Shown: positions 49,140 through 50,230 of the stretch, one piece after another
Layout: every line of letters begins with the position of its first letter
Position numbering within the stretch: the first letter of the stretch is position 1
IMG/VR virus record: IMGVR_UViG_3300027743_000008
Span: 1-50,230 of that record
DNA from: a virus
Taxonomy: Duplodnaviria > Caudoviricetes
Direction: 5' to 3' (one strand)
Length of the DNA stretch: 50,230 nt
Notes under the pieces: model-generated
Told to the model about the DNA's origin: nothing
Database searches by the model: none
The model's input: only the letters and a program-made list of their open reading frames with translations
Translations under genes and position numbers: made by a program

Positions 49140-50230
49140 CTATTCGCGGGCGAGTGCCTTCACGAGCGCGTTGAGACCGGCCCGCGTGATGTCGCGGCTG
49201 TCGCATTCGACGGCAAGGCCGAAACCCGGATGCACTGGTGTATCGATGCACAGCACGGCGGTTTCGACGTCGAGGCGTCGAGCGTAGGCGTTTGCGCTTT
49301 TGACGCCTTCCGGCCCATAGGCGCAATCGCCATCCGTCACCACGAAAAGCACTTTGCGTTTGGCGGGCGCGCGCGCCGCAAGCTTGGCGCTGGCTTGGAC
49401 AATCGCGCCCGTAATGTCTGTGCAACCGGCCGGGTTTGTCGCTAGCGACGCGAAACGGTTTTGGACGTCCGCCTGCGACAAGCTTTCATTGGGCCGCTTG
49501 ACGGCGCGTGGCGTTCCCTCCGTGAAACGCGTGATGCCGCACTTGACGCCGACTTGCTTGGCCGCTTGCGCAATAACGAGTGCCAGCGTCGCCGTGGCGT
49601 ATGCGGCCTTGCCCCGCATCGAAGCCGAACCGTCGCAGAGGATTTCGATTTCGGTCTGATAGCCTCCCGCGATGGTACGTTTCGCGAAAACCGAATTGTC
49701 TCCGCTTGCGACGCGGGCATAGGCGAAACGATCGAGACGGCCCGTCGGGCGCGCCCGTTCCCAAGTTTCGGTTTCCTCCGATTTCAGGACACGGGCGACT
49801 TGCGCCCGGAGTTTCCCGGAACGCGCCGCAACGGCGCGCAAGTTGGTTGTGGTGGCATTGTCCGGGCCGCGATTGGCCATATGCAGGAACGGTTTCCCGG
49901 CAGTTTCTTGCGCCCGGCGGATCGCCGCGATAACCGCCATTTCGACTTGCGCGGCATGGCCGCTTTTCGAAAGCGCGTCGACGGTATCCCTCAACGTTTC
50001 CGACATCGGTTGCATATCGACCTTGGCGCATTTCGTGACATCGGTCTGCGGCAAGTCGGCGGCGTCGCCGTCGCCCATGCCCGCCTTGCCGTCGCCGTCG
50101 CCTTGCGCCGCACCCTTGGAAGGCTCTCCATCGGCCTTGGAGGCGTCGCCATCGGCCTTTGCCTCTCCATCGGCCTTGGAGGCGTCGCCATCGGCCTTTG
50201 CCTCTCCATCGGCCTTGGAGGCGTCGCCAT
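49140..50230 (-). CDS. 3' part of the CobT-like protein: vWA domain
   Basis: GRLD, ILCDGSASM (MIDAS DxSxS), GCTD and KVLFVVTDG motifs; continues from 818..1 across the join. Confidence 0.87.
   Translation of the reverse strand, partial: GDASKADGEAKADGDASKADGEAKADGDASKADGEPSKGAAQGDGDGKAGMGDGDAADLPQTDVTKCAKVDMQPMSETLRDTVDALSKSGHAAQVEMAVIAAIRRAQETAGKPFLHMANRGPDNATTTNLRAVAARSGKLRAQVARVLKSEETETWERARPTGRLDRFAYARVASGDNSVFAKRTIAGGYQTEIEILCDGSASMRGKAAYATATLALVIAQAAKQVGVKCGITRFTEGTPRAVKRPNESLSQADVQNRFASLATNPAGCTDITGAIVQASAKLAARAPAKRKVLFVVTDGDCAYGPEGVKSANAYARRLDVETAVLCIDTPVHPGFGLAVECDSRDITRAGLNALVKALARE
50134..50230. repeat. 97-bp terminal duplication of bases 1-97 (assembly overlap inside the 39-bp repeat)
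   Basis: Direct sequence identity with the window start. Confidence 0.92.

Larger units (their letters stand above)
1..50230. mobile_element. Complete circularly permuted dsDNA phage genome (podovirus-like, APSE/BPP-1-type replication module)
   Basis: TerL, portal, scaffold, major capsid, nozzle, fibres, endolysin and PolA/primase/helicase are all present. Bases 50134-50230 equal bases 1-97. No tape measure, sheath or integrase was recognised. Confidence 0.93.

Noticed and set aside
1162-49703. GAGACAG/CTGTCTC as Tn5/Nextera adapter contamination
   Set aside because: The copies lack the rest of the mosaic end (AGATGTGTATAA), have G rather than A upstream, vary at the last base, and sit inside intact ORFs.
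50134-50230. Biological direct terminal repeat
   Set aside because: The duplication lies inside a coding tandem repeat in the middle of a gene, so an assembly overlap or break is more likely than a true genome end.

Overview
The window is an apparently complete, circularly permuted ~50.1 kb genome of a GC-rich (roughly 65% by eye) short-tailed dsDNA phage. The last 97 bp repeat the first 97 bp, and a gene reads in frame across the join. An alphaproteobacterial host is a guess. Modules: (i) a CobS-like MoxR AAA+ ATPase and a CobT-like zincin/vWA protein; (ii) a repeat-rich non-coding region and an HNH-type gene; (iii) an APSE/BPP-1-style replication set (PrimPol-PriCT-helicase, family A DNA polymerase, RuvC-like resolvase, SNF2 helicase, DUF2800 exonuclease, DUF2815 SSB) with small regulators; (iv) a 31 kb leftward late operon (fibres, lysis genes, TerL, portal, scaffold, capsid, adaptor, nozzle, GNAT-like proteins, ejection proteins and virion enzymes). 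No integrase, tape measure, sheath, tRNA or CRISPR array was seen. Three things stand out. First, the polymerase intein has no endonuclease in its own frame; a complete HNH endonuclease gene with its own Shine-Dalgarno is overprinted in the +1 frame inside it. Second, the heptamer GGAGACA/TGTCTCC occurs about 100 times across the genome. Third, several putative ejected proteins share a PL[AG][DE][IL]F motif near their C-termini. All family assignments come from motif recognition by eye, not from database searches.
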